Positions 12,601-31,751 of a stretch of 64,000 nucleotides of DNA are shown here, one piece after another (positions within the stretch are counted from its first letter, which is position 1; every line of letters begins with the position of its first letter). A program made the position numbers and the translations under genes. The notes under the pieces were generated by a model. It searched no databases, had not been told where the DNA came from, and saw only the letters and a list, made by a program, of their open reading frames with translations. This stretch comes from Paraspadella gotoi. Its lineage: Eukaryota; Animalia; Chaetognatha. Location: contig CM119269.1 in assembly GCA_051294375.1 (NCBI GenBank), positions 17,098,265 to 17,162,264 of the forward strand. Direction: 5' to 3'.

Positions 12601-15293
12601 CGCTTCTGTTACCGCATCATGTTCGTGATTAAGACTTTCTCAGTGATGCTTATCGCGGCTCCAATGTGGGGCTATTTCGAAATTTTTCTTTTTCTCAGAT
12701 TCCTGAGTGGTGAGTCGTTATTATTCTTCATACTAAATACTAATGTTTGCGCCTTCACGGTGATCTGACTTTTGACCAGGTATCTCTACCGTTGGTGTCT
12801 ACCTCCCGCTCTTTGTTTTGGGGATGGAAATCACGAGATCGAAGAGACGAACTCTGATCGGAGTCCTTCCTAATATCCCTTTCTCCGCTGGATGTATAAT
12901 GTCCGGTGAGTGATTTGTGGATAATTTATGGTATAATAAAAGTAATTTGCATAATTTTTTTTTAATTCAAAATTCTCCTCCTCTCTCTCCTTCCTCTCTC
13001 TCTCTCTCTCTTCCACTATCTCACTCAGGTGGAATCGCGGCTTGGCTGGACGATTGGCGACATCTGGCTCTTGGACTTTCGCTTCCCGCGCTTTTCATTC
13101 TCCTCGGAATCTTTTCGATGCCAGAATCACTCAGGTTTATTCCCAGCCATCAGTAGTTGGTTACTTGGTAGTTGATGTTTTTGATTGATTCGTTGATCGA
13201 TTGGTTCGTTGAGATTGTTGGTTGTTTGAATAATTTTTGGTTTATTATTTGGTTGATTACAATTTAAATGGTTAGATGGATGGATGCGAGATCGGTTTTC
13301 TGATAGTAAATTGGGTTTGGTGATTTAGTTTTCAGTCAATTTTTCCGCACAGGTGGCTCCTCAGCAAAAACAAAGTCGCCGAGTTGAAGTCGTCCATTCT
13401 TTTGGCGGCGGCGACAAACGGGAAGTTGACTTCATCGTCGGCGAAAGAGCTGGAAACGTTTGTTGATGAACTCGCGGAAGAGCGAGAAAACGAAAAGAAT
13501 AAAACGGAAAATAAAGTAAGGCTTACGTTTTTACTCTACGAAATTTGAAGATATGAAGAAGTAATAGAAAAATGCAAACAAAAGAATCATTTTAAACAAA
13601 CAAATGTAAAGAGTACAATTTTAAGCAAGCTAATTTATTTTTATATCTCAAGTTATGCCAAAATTCGAGTTCTTCGTTTTCACTATGTTCAATTAATGTC
13701 CAAGTTTTTTTTAAAAATAGTTGAGCTATTTGATTATTTTTTGTTTATAATTTTTTGTTCATTTTACACAAAAAGAGAGAAAGAAAAATTTAGCTTGGCA
13801 AACTGAAAAACCTACAATGAAGACTTGTACATGTATAGAAGAAGCCAAACCAAACCTAATGTTTTATATTGCTTTTTTCCCATTAATTTACCGTAGTGAG
13901 AATTAAATAATAAAAAGCCTCCTACCTGACCTCTGACCACAGTGACCACTGACCACTGACCACAGTGACCAGTGACCAACCTATTAGTAACTATGCCAAA
14001 AAATTTTTTTACTCAGGTCGGTGTGAGAGATTTGTTCAAAACTAGACAGATGGCGGCCAAGACTCTCATCCTTACATTTAATTGGCTCGCGTGTTCTGCT
14101 GTCTACTGTGGCGCCACAATCAACATTGCAAGGATGGACATTTCTCCCTTCGTTGGTCTCATAGTTTCTGGTAAGAGAATGAGATTAATTGGTGACAGAA
14201 TAAGAATAATTCTTTATTCTATTATGTTGAGTTGGTTGATTACTATTACACTTAATATATTGGAAGACATAGTAAGTTCAATACATCAAATAATGTTAGG
14301 TACCGACCTGAAAAAGACAAATAGCCTTTACTCACTGTTTTTTCATACTCACCCCAACTCCCTTCAAAGGCTCCAGCGAGATCTTGGCTGAGCTTATCCT
14401 TCTTCTCATCCTTGACCGACTTGGCCGCAAGGTCTGCCACTCGACAGCGATGCTTATGACTGGCGTCGTCTGCTTGGCTTCCATTTTCGTTTCCTCTGAT
14501 GAAGCCGCCTTCACATTGAGCATGATCGGTAGAGGGCAATTCTGCCTGTCAGATTGACAGTTCATCTGTCAATTTGTTTGTCATTTTATTTGCAATTTTT
14601 CTGTCACCTTTTTCGCACAGGAAAGCTATTCATCACCAGTGCTTACGTGACCATCTTCATTTATGCAGCAGAGATTTACCCTACCCCCTTGCGAAACACG
14701 GGTATGTTTCCTTAGTCCCTTTTATCCATTTTCAAATAAAGGTTATAAAGGTCACCTCCCAGGCATGGGGCTGAGTTCCCTTGTGGCACGGATTGGAACC
14801 ATGGTGTCGCCGCTTCTGGTGGACTTCTCCAGCAGCGCCACAATGCCGCTTTTGATCTTTGGTTTCATTGCAAGCGTCGCTGGTATAATATGGGATGAAA
14901 ATCTTTTTATCTGTCAATCAATTAATTAATAATAAATGAATCAATCTAACAGTTAATCAATAAACCAGGCAACCTATCAATCAGTTAAACAGTCAAATAA
15001 ACATTCATTTAGTAGATCATTCTGTTAATTAATAAATAAATTAAATAATATTTGTGATAAAATAATAAAAATTCAATCATTCAATTCAACTACACTGAAG
15101 ATCCTTTTCAAACTTTTCTCTAGGCTTCCTTTCCTTGTTTCTTCCGGAAACGGCTGGCCATCCAATGCCGGAGACAAGTCAAGATGCCGAGAGGCTCCTG
15201 TTGGAGAGTCCGTTGGCGGTGTTCTGCCGGAATCCGTGTCGGCGTCGTGAAGGGAAGGCGGGCGTAGGGAGGCAGGGAAGGGGAGCTGTTTGA
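9654..15293 (+). CDS. SLC22 organic cation transporter-like protein (MFS), paralog 2; 13 exons
   Basis: Same intron positions and phases as paralog 1 (exons start near 9654, 10124, 10343, 10473, 12580, 12780, 13029, 13353, 14017, 14370, 14621, 14763, 15124). Open frame through GTFGPFQ, FRLVCDR, LSDKFGRR, PESLRWL, DRLGRK, AEIYPTPLRNTGMG and LPETAGHPMPET to TGA at 15291-15293. Confidence 0.93.
10745..10977 (-). mobile_element. tRNA-related SINE-like element, copy 1
   Basis: The reverse complement matches 11588-11817 and 20711-20923. Contains A-box-like TGGTGCCGGAGG, B-box-like GGTTCTAGCCC and an acceptor-like stem GCGGCCA/TGGTCGC. Confidence 0.8.
11047..11185 (+). repeat. Dispersed structured repeat, copy B
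   Basis: Aligns to the reverse complement of 284-430. Confidence 0.8.
11281..12492. mobile_element. Foldback-type MITE with long TIRs, carrying a nested SINE-like copy
   Basis: GCGTTGAAAAATAAC...GGTACATAGCTATTTTAGTGTAAT is mirrored at about 12350-12492, and the arms stay complementary for about 300 bp and again internally. Flanked by the direct repeat TATCCAGT (11273-11280 and 12493-12500). Confidence 0.85.
11588..11817 (+). mobile_element. tRNA-related SINE-like element, copy 2
   Basis: Full-length match to copies 1 and 3; lies inside the MITE. Confidence 0.8.
13925..13980. repeat. (TGACCAC/TGACCACAG)n short tandem repeat in an intron
   Basis: About 7 consecutive TGACC-containing units. 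Confidence 0.8.
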
Positions 15294-15984
15294 AGAACTG
15301 AGATCTGTTATAACGACTGTCAGTTTTTTGCTTGCAGTTATCAAACAATTGTTATACTATAGTTTAAATTGGTTTACAATACAAATAAGCTTTAAACAAG
15401 GCTGTTGCTTTCCAGTCTGATTATAAAATAAAAGCTATTAGACTGGAGTCTTCAACTGATTCACTTTGATGTTAATTTTCAATAATACAATTGGCGAATT
15501 TTTTTAATTATTTAACTCTCACAGGCTTCACAAGACATTACACTTTCATAATATCCCAATGTTAATGTAATTTATTATATTTTTTTTACCCATAAATTTT
15601 AAAAGAATAGAAAGTTATGGATTAAAGTGAAATTTGAGAATATTCACATCATTCCTCATCTAACGATATAAAAAAAAAAAAAAAAGCTGACTTCTTTTGG
15701 AATAATTTTCTTCTAACTGAATCTAAATCCAAATTTTCTCACTAAGCTGGTTTGGATTGATTAAAATGATCAAATTGATTTGTTGAGATAAAATTTAACT
15801 TTGGATATTCTTGTAAATTCTGGTAAATTATAAAATTTTAAACTTGATTCTCTTACTAGTAAGAAAAAAACACCTTATGTGTTTAAAATTTAATGAAAAT
15901 GATATATTTATAGTTGAAAGCATTCCAAATTTTCTTAATTTCTAAACAATACCAAAATTTCAAATTCTTAGATTTGTAATGATG

Positions 15985-16398
15985 AAACAAATTTAAGCAA
16001 ACCATGTCGGATCTGCCCACGATCATTTACGATAATTAATTAATTAATTCAAGTTAATTAATTAATTAATTAGGCAATTAATTAATTAATTAATTGATTA
16101 GTAAAATAGTAAAAATAGTTTAATAGTGAAATAAATTTTTTTGGTTTCTTCACTTAGACTATTCCATTGAAACTTCCTATCCAGCTCAATCACACACTTC
16201 CCTACCCACATAAAATTTCATTCCAATAGATAGACAGACAGACAGATAGACGAAAATCTTTTTTTTTAATAATTTATCATAATTCGATGTTCTGATATGA
16301 TATAAGTGAATGCCCGACAAGATCAAGGGGGCGGACCGATGGACCGACAAAGTGGACTATAGAGTCGGGATCTGCTGTAAAGCAGATCCGACTAAAAA
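15985..16398 (-). mobile_element. Non-autonomous Helentron/HINE (DINE-1-like) element, apparently full length
   Basis: On the minus strand: TTTTTA-GTCGGATCTGC (5' subTIR), nearby inverted copy GCAGATCCCGAC, (GTCT)n, 3' subTIR GCAGATCCGAC and terminal AAATTTGTTT. Inserted in a T run with no TSD. Confidence 0.8.
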
Positions 16399-19300
16399 TC
16401 GTAAAATAATCAAAACCAAAAGGCCCAAAAAATTCATACCAGCAGCAGCGTAAAAGACAAGAGGAAAGTAGCCAAAACTCTCCTTGATGTAACCTAAAAC
16501 ATTTATATTAAATTATTTTTTCATTTTAAATATCTTTAAAAGCATTTTTTTAATGGAATTATTATACCAAAAAGGAGAGGAGTGCCTAAATTAACGCTAC
16601 CAGAGACGATGGTTGAAAAGGCTAACGTATATGAAAAGTTGTTGGTTCCATAAAAATCCGCTAGAAATGGGTAATATATTGCAATCCATCCCCCTATTAA
16701 AACATTTCAAGGATGTAACGATTACTTAAAATAATAAATTTTATGTATTAACAGATTCAAATGTTTCCTTATATATTGAATTTGAAATAAAACGCATAAT
16801 TAAGGCGTAGTAAAATTTCTAAGTTTAACTTTAATTAAAATTCTAAAAGTGAAGAACCAACAACATTATACTTATGAACATTTATGTAATAAAAAAATTT
16901 ATAATAAATTTTACAATTTATGTAGTAGCCCATATTTATACTAGTACTAAACCAATAAATGTTAAATTTTCAAAACAGTTTTTTCTAAGATTCTTTTGCA
17001 GAATTGGATTCGTCATAAAAAGTTGATAAAAAGAAATATAACTCTTTTTGAAAAATTCCTTCATTAAGTGGGTCAAAAATTTAAAAAAGCTACATTTTAA
17101 ACTGAAAATTTTTTTTTTATATATTAAATATAGTTTTTTTAATTTTTAACCCTCTTAATGAAAGAATTTTTAAAAATTATTTATATTTTCTTTTATCAAC
17201 TTTTGACGAGGAATTCAAATCTGCAATCAAAATTAAGAAAAGCCTATTTTAAAATTTTTCGATTTTATAAGGATAGTACTATATATAAATATAGCCTACT
17301 GCGAAAATTAAAAAACATAAAATTCATTTTTTTTACAAATTAATGTTCACTGATGGTATGTTGTTCACAATTGACTTTTAGAATTTTCGTATGTTGCTTT
17401 TTTCTTATTATATATGTTGTCATTTATAATTAACAAAAATTAACAGATAATTCTAATAATACTATTATTAATACTATTAATACTATTCTTACCATATGCA
17501 ACACCATACACAACGCTAGCGCCCACCAACTGAGAGAAGGATCTGCTCATAGCCATAAAAACGGCGCCAATCACTTTGAGCACCTCGTTGCAAATGAGAA
17601 TTGTCAATATTCTGTCTCGAAAAAGTTTAAAAGTCAACAGTCGTCCCATGACGACCCGAGTGACAAGATCAAAGCAACTGAGGCACAGCACCAACGTTGC
17701 AACCTACAATATTTTATATAGTTTGAATTTCGGTAATTTTTTTTCTTTTTTTTTTTGTCCGTCATCTCCCCTCTCTTACAAGGAGCTTTTCAATCATTTC
17801 TTACTCACAGCATTTTGGTTCAGATTCCTATTGATTTCTACAGAGATTTTTTTAGGACAAAAGAACACTTCGTTAGAGATCCTGTTCTTTTTTGTGAAAC
17901 AAAACAAAAAGCTATTTACAAGCGGGCCCCCAAAACAAAAGAGCATTCAGTCAGACAAGATAGCACTTTTGATTAAGTTTTAAAAATTATTTACCAGATG
18001 TCTCATTCTTTTTTAAGAAACAAAGGAACATGCATAATAAATATGATCTTCACCTACTAAATCTTCCTTTGCACCTGCTTTTACACAAAATAGCAATTTC
18101 TGTTTAAATTTCTATCATTCCAAAAAATAATTTAGAAATGGGACGAGCTGAGTTGTACCATACAATACAACAGGGGAATTTAGAAATCATGAATATAACT
18201 AATCTTACATCATCATCGTCGATTTCATTGTGAGATGCCCAGGAAGGATGGTAAATGAGTACTGAAATCATCGCCCCAAAATGAAGACCCATGTATACCA
18301 GATTGAGAGCGAAGCGCGGGTCCTTAAGCAGCGCCTTGGCACTTGGTTTTTGCACTTCGCTGCTTCAATGGCGTCTTTCGACGGAAAAGTGTTGGTACAA
18401 TTTTCCGTAGTTTCCAAACTTGCTTGATCCTTAATAAACACCTTTGCTTCTCCATCATTTTTTAAACCACTTTCCTTTTTTTCATTCAACACTAGTTCTG
18501 CACAGGTCTTTGCATCCCCTGAACAGCTTTGCCTTGAGGTTCCCACTGTCCAACTGTCCTCCTCATTTATCTCTGGCCTTGCTCTTATCGCGTCTTCAAG
18601 GCTTTCTGATTCTTTCCCAACTGAGCTTGCTCCGACATCCTTCATTTCAACAACCTCTCCTTTAATCATCCCCACTCTCTGACCTCCTCCTCTTCTTCCA
18701 CCTCTTACTACGTCTTCTTCCTCATCTTCTTCCCTAAATCTCCGCAAGATCAACCCGACAGGGATGAGATGAAGAAAAACCCCAGCAAGGACAAGGAAGC
18801 ATCCCCTCCATCTGAACTCTCGTTTCAAACGGACGAAGATTTTCGGGAGGGCGATTCCCGCGACGGGAGACCCGACGAGAGCGAAGGCGAGGGCAAGAGG
18901 GCGGTAGTGGTTCATCCAAGTGCCGAGGACGATGAGGGCGCTGAACACGGCCGCGTTCGAGCCGACGAACGCCACTCCGAACTGCGGTGGGGGGGGGGGA
19001 ATTACGTACTTTTTAAAAATTGGATGATTAATTGATTATAGTCTTAATTAATACATTTTTCTTATTTAACTATTTTCATTTGAAATCTTAATGCAGAAAA
19101 TGTCTTTATAAAAGAATATCTTGAAGATGCCGATTACACCAATTAATTCAATCTCAAACAGTATAACTTAACTATTTTCTTATCAATGTGACTTTGTTAG
19201 TCTTTCATTGCTGAAGCGGGCCGGTGTTTAGTACTAGAGGCAAAGCAGGTAATTCTGTAAACAGGCAAATTTTAAACTCTAAGATTTTACACCAATAAGC

Positions 19301-20367
19301 TTTATTTTGCAAGCTTAATTGCAATGGTAACAGATGAAAAAGTGGTTACAATTGTTATTATAAAATAAATTTAACAAAAGTTTGATTGTAATTAATTTTT
19401 TCCTTGTCTCTCTTAACCAGCAAAGCGAGAACGCCCAATGAGCTTGCCCAAGATACACCGATCAATGCCCCGGCGCTGACAACGCCGCCCGCTGCACAGA
19501 TGACTCCCGGCGGCAAACGTCCCACTAATGGCAACATAAACAGGCTGGCCAAGCCATCCATGGACCAACAGCAAGCTGCAACGAATGCTGCCTGCGACTG
19601 TAAGAGAGTAAGAGGATTATATTAAAGCTTGCAGGGACCTGCTATGTCATTATCTTGTAAGAGTGCTGGAGGGCTTAAACCACTAAAGCCTGTCCAAAGT
19701 CCAGGGCAAGATAGCTTATTTATTAAATGAATGGATAATTTTTATATTGGGCTAATGCTAAATCTCTAGCCCTAGTCGGAACGGTCCTTGCAAAAAGAGT
19801 GACGGGCCGGTTAAACCACCGGTAGAAAGCCTATCGCCGAAAACGAAGTTCCGGAAAGCAAGGCAACTGACGGAAAAATCTTCCAGACCCACTGGGCTCA
19901 CTAAGTGTCGAGGCTATCCACACCCTTACCCTCCTTCTTTACTCTCGGTTACTTCACCCGATAGGGTTATTCATTCTCTCCAAATAGTAATAGTAATGAA
20001 GGTCATTTTAACAATTTTTCTGTCTTGCGAATCACCTCACCATCACCGATGAGCATTAAATACTTGGGTTAACTTAAAGAACAAAAGAGGGGCGCTTTTC
20101 GGAAATAGCCATTTTTTTTGGGTTCAGTTACACAACGACTAACGTTGGCGACTCCATAATCTCTCTCCCAGTCGCCGAGAAAGATGCCCATCGTCCTGAT
20201 GGAACCGAAATTGATGACGACTGAGATGAAAGTAACGAAACAAATGATCCAACCGCGAATTCCATCCTTTACGTCTGCAGAAATGTTAACGTTGCTCTAT
20301 TCATTTTGATAAAACTGAAAAAAGTTTTATAAATTTTAGCAAAGGGATTATTCTTACCTCTTTTCAT
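16357..20367 (-). CDS. SLC16 monocarboxylate transporter-like protein (MFS); 7 exons, one frameshift in exon 4
   Basis: Exons 20367-20358, 20274-20144, 19597-19418, 18981-18209, 17703-17493, 16693-16568, 16493-16357. N-terminal DGIRGWIIC (MCT D-G-x-x-G-W motif), HYRPLALAFALVGSPV, FRWRGCFLVLAG, a long acidic central loop, LLKDPRF, LADFYG and GYIKESFG. Exon 4 is 773 nt, one base short of phase. Confidence 0.85.
16838..17386. mobile_element. AT-rich foldback element in an MCT intron
   Basis: Nested inverted arms (AATTCTAAAAGT/ACTTTTAGAATT; GTAGTAGCCCATATTTATA/TATAAATATAGCCTACTGC; AAAAGTTGATAAAA/TTTTATCAACTTTT). The centre resembles the core of the 11281-12492 MITE (CTTAATGAAAGAATTTTTAAAAT). Confidence 0.7.
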
Positions 20368-20710
20368 GATGTTATTGAGTTTCAGGCCAATTTTTATTAA
20401 AAATAATTTGAAAATCTTATGAAATGATTGTGATTTTGGTCGCATTGAAACGGAGTTAGTCTAAGGCAAGGGAGACGCCGCCATTTCCGGAATTGTCAAA
20501 AATCCCGAGGAAAAGAACGAATTATATCCGTCAACATTTCAACGAGTGGGATGTCAGAAAACCGGTTTCAATACTTAACTTGATTTTTGTCACGTTTTTC
20601 AGGTTTTATTTTAATCTATTTAGATGATTATATTGATCATACGAATTCAATCGACATCAAAACAAGTTTGAACAAACAATTTCGAATCTGCCTACGATAA
20701 TTTAGCGGAA

Positions 20711-20923
20711 TGGTGGACGAAAATCCACCAACCGTTCATCAGCGGCCATTGGTGCCGGAGCCAAGTCATTCGCCTCCAAACCCAAAGGTCCGGGGTTCTA
20801 ACCCGGTGGTTGCCTAGCAGTTAAGAGAGACGGGGCGGTGTTACAGCCTGATCCGAACCTCAGGGACTGCTTATATTGAACGTTTCTGTAATTAACCCAT
20901 AACAATAATTACTGTCTCTTCAG
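20711..20923 (+). mobile_element. tRNA-related SINE-like element, copy 3 (small internal deletion)
   Basis: Matches copies 1 and 2 but lacks the CTTAACCCGCCTGTAACAT segment. It abuts a HINE 3'-end fragment (20662-20700, - strand) about 350 bp upstream of the MCT ATG. Confidence 0.8.
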
Positions 20924-21497
20924 TGGTACAGCAGCTAAATTCATGAAAAAAAAATGGCGAGGCATGACATCTTTATCAATAGTTGATACGATAATGATCG
21001 ATAATTTACGTGATCATAATCTATCATTCATCAATGACACAATGGTGCCCGATGAATGTGACAAGAAGATTCATAAATAAATAGAGAGAGAGAGAGAAAT
21101 ATTGTTGGACTTAAACTCTCGTTGTAGTTCATCTACATAACTAATCATGTACCTAGATCATAACCTTATAAATCATAACAGATTTCTCTATAAATCAATT
21201 AAAGATTTATCAATCAATTAATTAACCAAATTAACAATAAATTAATCATAGATGAATTGAGATAATATTTTGTGCGTGGGTTTGTGATCTTGCTATGTAG
21301 TTATAAAGTTTTGATGGAATCGTGCAAGTGAAAATGAGTTTTAATGGAAAAAACATTTACTTAAATTTTTTTACAGTTTCCATCTCTTTCTCTCTCTTTC
21401 TCACAGATAAAATAATGATTTATTAAAAAAATTGTTATGATTTATAATCTATTTATCTGTTATAAAAAATTCATGAAAAAATTCTACAAATTGAAAA

Positions 21498-21676
21498 AAT
21501 TATGCAAGTTGACCAAATAATGCCAGTTAACCAAATTTTGCTAGTTGGCCAAATTATACTAGTTAACCAAATTATGCCAGTTGACCAATTTATGCCAGTT
21601 CACAAAATTATGCCAGTTGACCAAATTATGCCAGTTGACCAAATTATGTAAGTTAACCAAATTATGCAAGTTGATA
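21498..21676. repeat. 18-bp minisatellite, about 10 copies
   Basis: Unit AAATTATGCCAGTTGACC repeated head to tail with substitutions and no spacers. Confidence 0.92.
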
Positions 21677-21830
21677 TTGGCGCAGCTACTGGTTCATTGA
21701 TAGATCAATTGATTTACAGATTTTTCCATAGATTTATTAAGAAGGCTTACGAACCAGTACGTATTTGATTATGAGTTGCAAGCTTTGACTTAAAACATTT
21801 AACCTTTTCCTTTTTTTAGATGGATGGTTG

Positions 21831-21883
<53 letters not shown>

Positions 21884-22713
21884 CTTTCTCTCAAAAAGAA
21901 GCGAAAAAACTGTAAAACTAAATCTTTCCAAAGTTTTCACGCTCGATTTTCCCTCGCGAGTCTCCATGGAAACGAAGGGACGCGCGGCGTCATCGACCGG
22001 CCACATTTTGGGCGTGGCCGGCGCCGCGGGCGGCACCGCAGGCGTCCCCCCGCGTCGGCCGGCGTCGCGAAGTCGACCGTGACGCCCTAAAACCGCGGGG
22101 TCGACGGACGAAGTCTTGGATTGAGAGAAGAAAGGGTATGGTGTAGAAATATGAGAGGGGAGGTGACGGGGTGCAATGAACTTTGTGTGGGCGTAAGCGG
22201 ATTCACGCCGGAGTGTGTTCGTTAGTTTTGTGGATTTTTCAAAATTATTGCGATTATCGGTTTATAGTTTTCACGAGAAAACAGCTGGGATAAATATTTT
22301 TAACTCAAATATTAGTAAATAGCATAAGAAATTAGAAGATTTGAATGTGTTGAGTGGTTTTAACAAACTTTTCTCGGACTCTATTCTAAAAACAATCGCG
22401 GTTGGCAAGAGAGAAAGAGAGGAAGAGAGAGGCTTTATTTTTTAAAAAAAATTATCCATTTAACTCAAGTTTTCTAAACTTTAAAACGCGTCCATTTTTT
22501 TTCATTTTGTCCCCCCTCCCGACAGAAACCATAAACTCCCCCAGATATTTTCCCATCTTCTCGGCTTTTAAAGAAAAGCGGGGTTCCCTGCGACGAGAAC
22601 AAGAAGCCGGACAGAAAAGTGCCCACTTAACGTCACCGACGATGATGACGCCGCAATTAAACCAAACTTAATGTTGACGACTACCGCGCCGCCGAGGCTC
22701 TGGCTCTTGCTCT

Positions 22714-22767
<54 letters not shown>

Positions 22768-23495
22768 TCCTCTCTCTCTCTCTCCTCCCTCGCGTCTTGC
22801 TTTCGTTCCAAGCGCGTCAGAAGATAGTTCGTAAGAGTTCTTAATGAAGTTTTCAGATAACTACACAGAATTGTTTAAATTATTACATATTACTTGTCAT
22901 ACCACATGTTCTTTTATAATATTTGAAATTAGCCTCTCTCAACTATCCCAAGTGCGCTTGACCGAATAGAACCCAAACGGTTGCGCAGTTATCGTCATCG
23001 CAGGCTGTCGTCGTCGTCGTCGTCGTCATCGTCACCAAAGTTGGACTAAAATGAAAACAACAGAAAACAAAGAATGAGACGCTGACGAAAACGGCCACCA
23101 AAAAAAAAAAAAAAAAAAAACTCCACAACATTTTTTTTCGTATCTGAATGTCGAATCGTCGAAAAAGGTGAGGTCGATGGAATCGTTCGAGTCCTTACCT
23201 TTCTCTCCTTCCTCTCACTCGAAGGGAAGAAGAGTCGAAGCGACGAGGAGAATGAAGTATTTACATTTGCAGAAAGCGACGGTTAAGAACGCCAGAGGCG
23301 TCGGCGGCGTCGGCGGCGCGCGGCGTCGCGGCGTCGCTCGGCCCGCCGCGCCTATTACCGCAAATGGCCACCGGTCCCTCGTCGTCTCTTTAAAAACCCA
23401 TTAAAATCATTGTTTTCCGTCGGACTGAAGAGAAGTTAAGGACGTGCGGCCGCTTTGCCGCCCTCTTCTCTCTCTCTCTCTCTCGCTCTCTCTCC

Positions 23496-23547
<52 letters not shown>

Positions 23548-23572
23548 NNNNNNNNNNNNNNNNNNNNNNNNN

Positions 23573-29925
<6,353 letters not shown>

Positions 29926-31225
29926 TGATTCCACGGTTGAAAAAGTCTTGTCATATTCACGACAACGACAAAGTCGAGGAGTTGGAGGAGGAGGAGGAGG
30001 AGGAGGAGGATGAGTTGTGAAAGGATGAGGAAGACTGTGGAAGAGAAGGAGGGAATGAGGAATGGAAAAAAAATGTGGGTGGAGAGTGGGAAAGGAATGA
30101 GAAGATAAAGAGAAAAGAGTGAAAGGACGATAGAGATTGAAGAGAGGAAAATGTTATGGGGCATCGAAAATGGAGAAATGTTATAAGTAATGGAAAACAA
30201 ACTAATACTTGAAGGAAAATATTAGAAAAAAAGAACGAACGTGAAAAAATGGTGAAAACTCAAAATTTCCGCGATTATTAACCGAAAAAAAGAAACGTAA
30301 AAACTAATTATAATAAATTGATATATAAAATTTTAAAATATATTTAAATTAATATTGATTATAGCTAAGAAAGAGAAATTGAAAAATAACATTGAATGAT
30401 CAAATTTTCAACTATGGACGGATAAAGTTTCAGATCGCGTTTAAAATCCGACGACGACGACGCCGCGCCAAACCGGCGACGATGCGGACTCTGCCGCTCT
30501 CGAAGCCGGCGCCTAATCCCTTCGGGGCGCTCGTGCGGAAGAGAAGGAGGTGCGGCCGTAGGGAGAGAGGACTGAGGAGCAAGCCCTGGTGTAAAGGGCG
30601 AAAGTTTTGGGCTGGAGTGGGTGTCCTCGAGCCGGAGATGGAGTCATGGGTGGGATCCTGGAGCAATGGGCGAGAGCTGGAGTGCGAGGCGACGGGGCGT
30701 GGCCCTGGAGCGAAGGGCGGCGACTAGAGAGAACCGACGTCACGGTCCGTCTCTTTCTGGTCAAAACAAGATCCTCCTCTTTTGTATCTCTGTCTCCCTG
30801 GGCGAGGCGAACGGTCGGGAGTGACGAGGATAGGGTCGGGTGGGGACTGGGGAGCAAAGGGTGAGGCAGGGGAGATCTTGTAGAGTGAGGTGACCTCAAA
30901 GCTTAGAGTTGAAACTTACTATAAGAAATTCAAGCTCTTCTCATTTAGAATCGCTCCGCCCGCTAAACTCTTCGAGCAAAAAAAGGTGAGCTTACCAAGC
31001 AGAAGGTCGAAAGTGCTTGAGGGTGAGATTCGTTCAAACTTCGTCGACCCGTGGGTCTTGACCGATGACCGTTTGACCTCGCGAAGCCAGCGCGTGATGA
31101 GGCAGTTAATATTTGGGAAAGAACTTGGATGGGGAAAGTTAATCTTGGATTGGAAGAATACAAAAAAAAATATAAGCATTTAAGCTTTATGGTAAGCACC
31201 GATAATACAACCCCGGGACCCCTTC

Positions 31226-31315
<90 letters not shown>

Positions 31316-31707
31316 GCACATGCCCTCCCAATNNNNNNNNNNNNNNNNNNNNNNNNNNNNNNNNNNNGGAGATGAATAATGAACATATTTACAGCCAACT
31401 AAAGTCCATTCATGTAATAAACAAAAATGATATAAAAGGTTTCGACAAATCGAGTTCTCCCTGTACCGCGCGTTGGTTCAGCTTATTGAGCCAATCGTTT
31501 TCGACCCAAAGGAGACGAACCTCGTTACAGTCTTCGCCTTTGTCGCCATGGCGACGAAGAAGGTCTTCGAGGCGATGGTCGTCATTTTCGTCGTCGTCAC
31601 TGTCGTCGTCGTTCTGTCGTCCCAGGCTGGATCGGTGTCGTCGTCATCTTCGTCATCATAGTCGTCGACAGTTTGCCCTGAAGTTTACGGAACAAAACTC
31701 GTCGCCA

Positions 31708-31751
<44 letters not shown>

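Noticed and set aside
21498-21676. CRISPR-like array
   Set aside because: Head-to-tail 18-bp units with no unique spacers, no cas genes, and a eukaryotic context.
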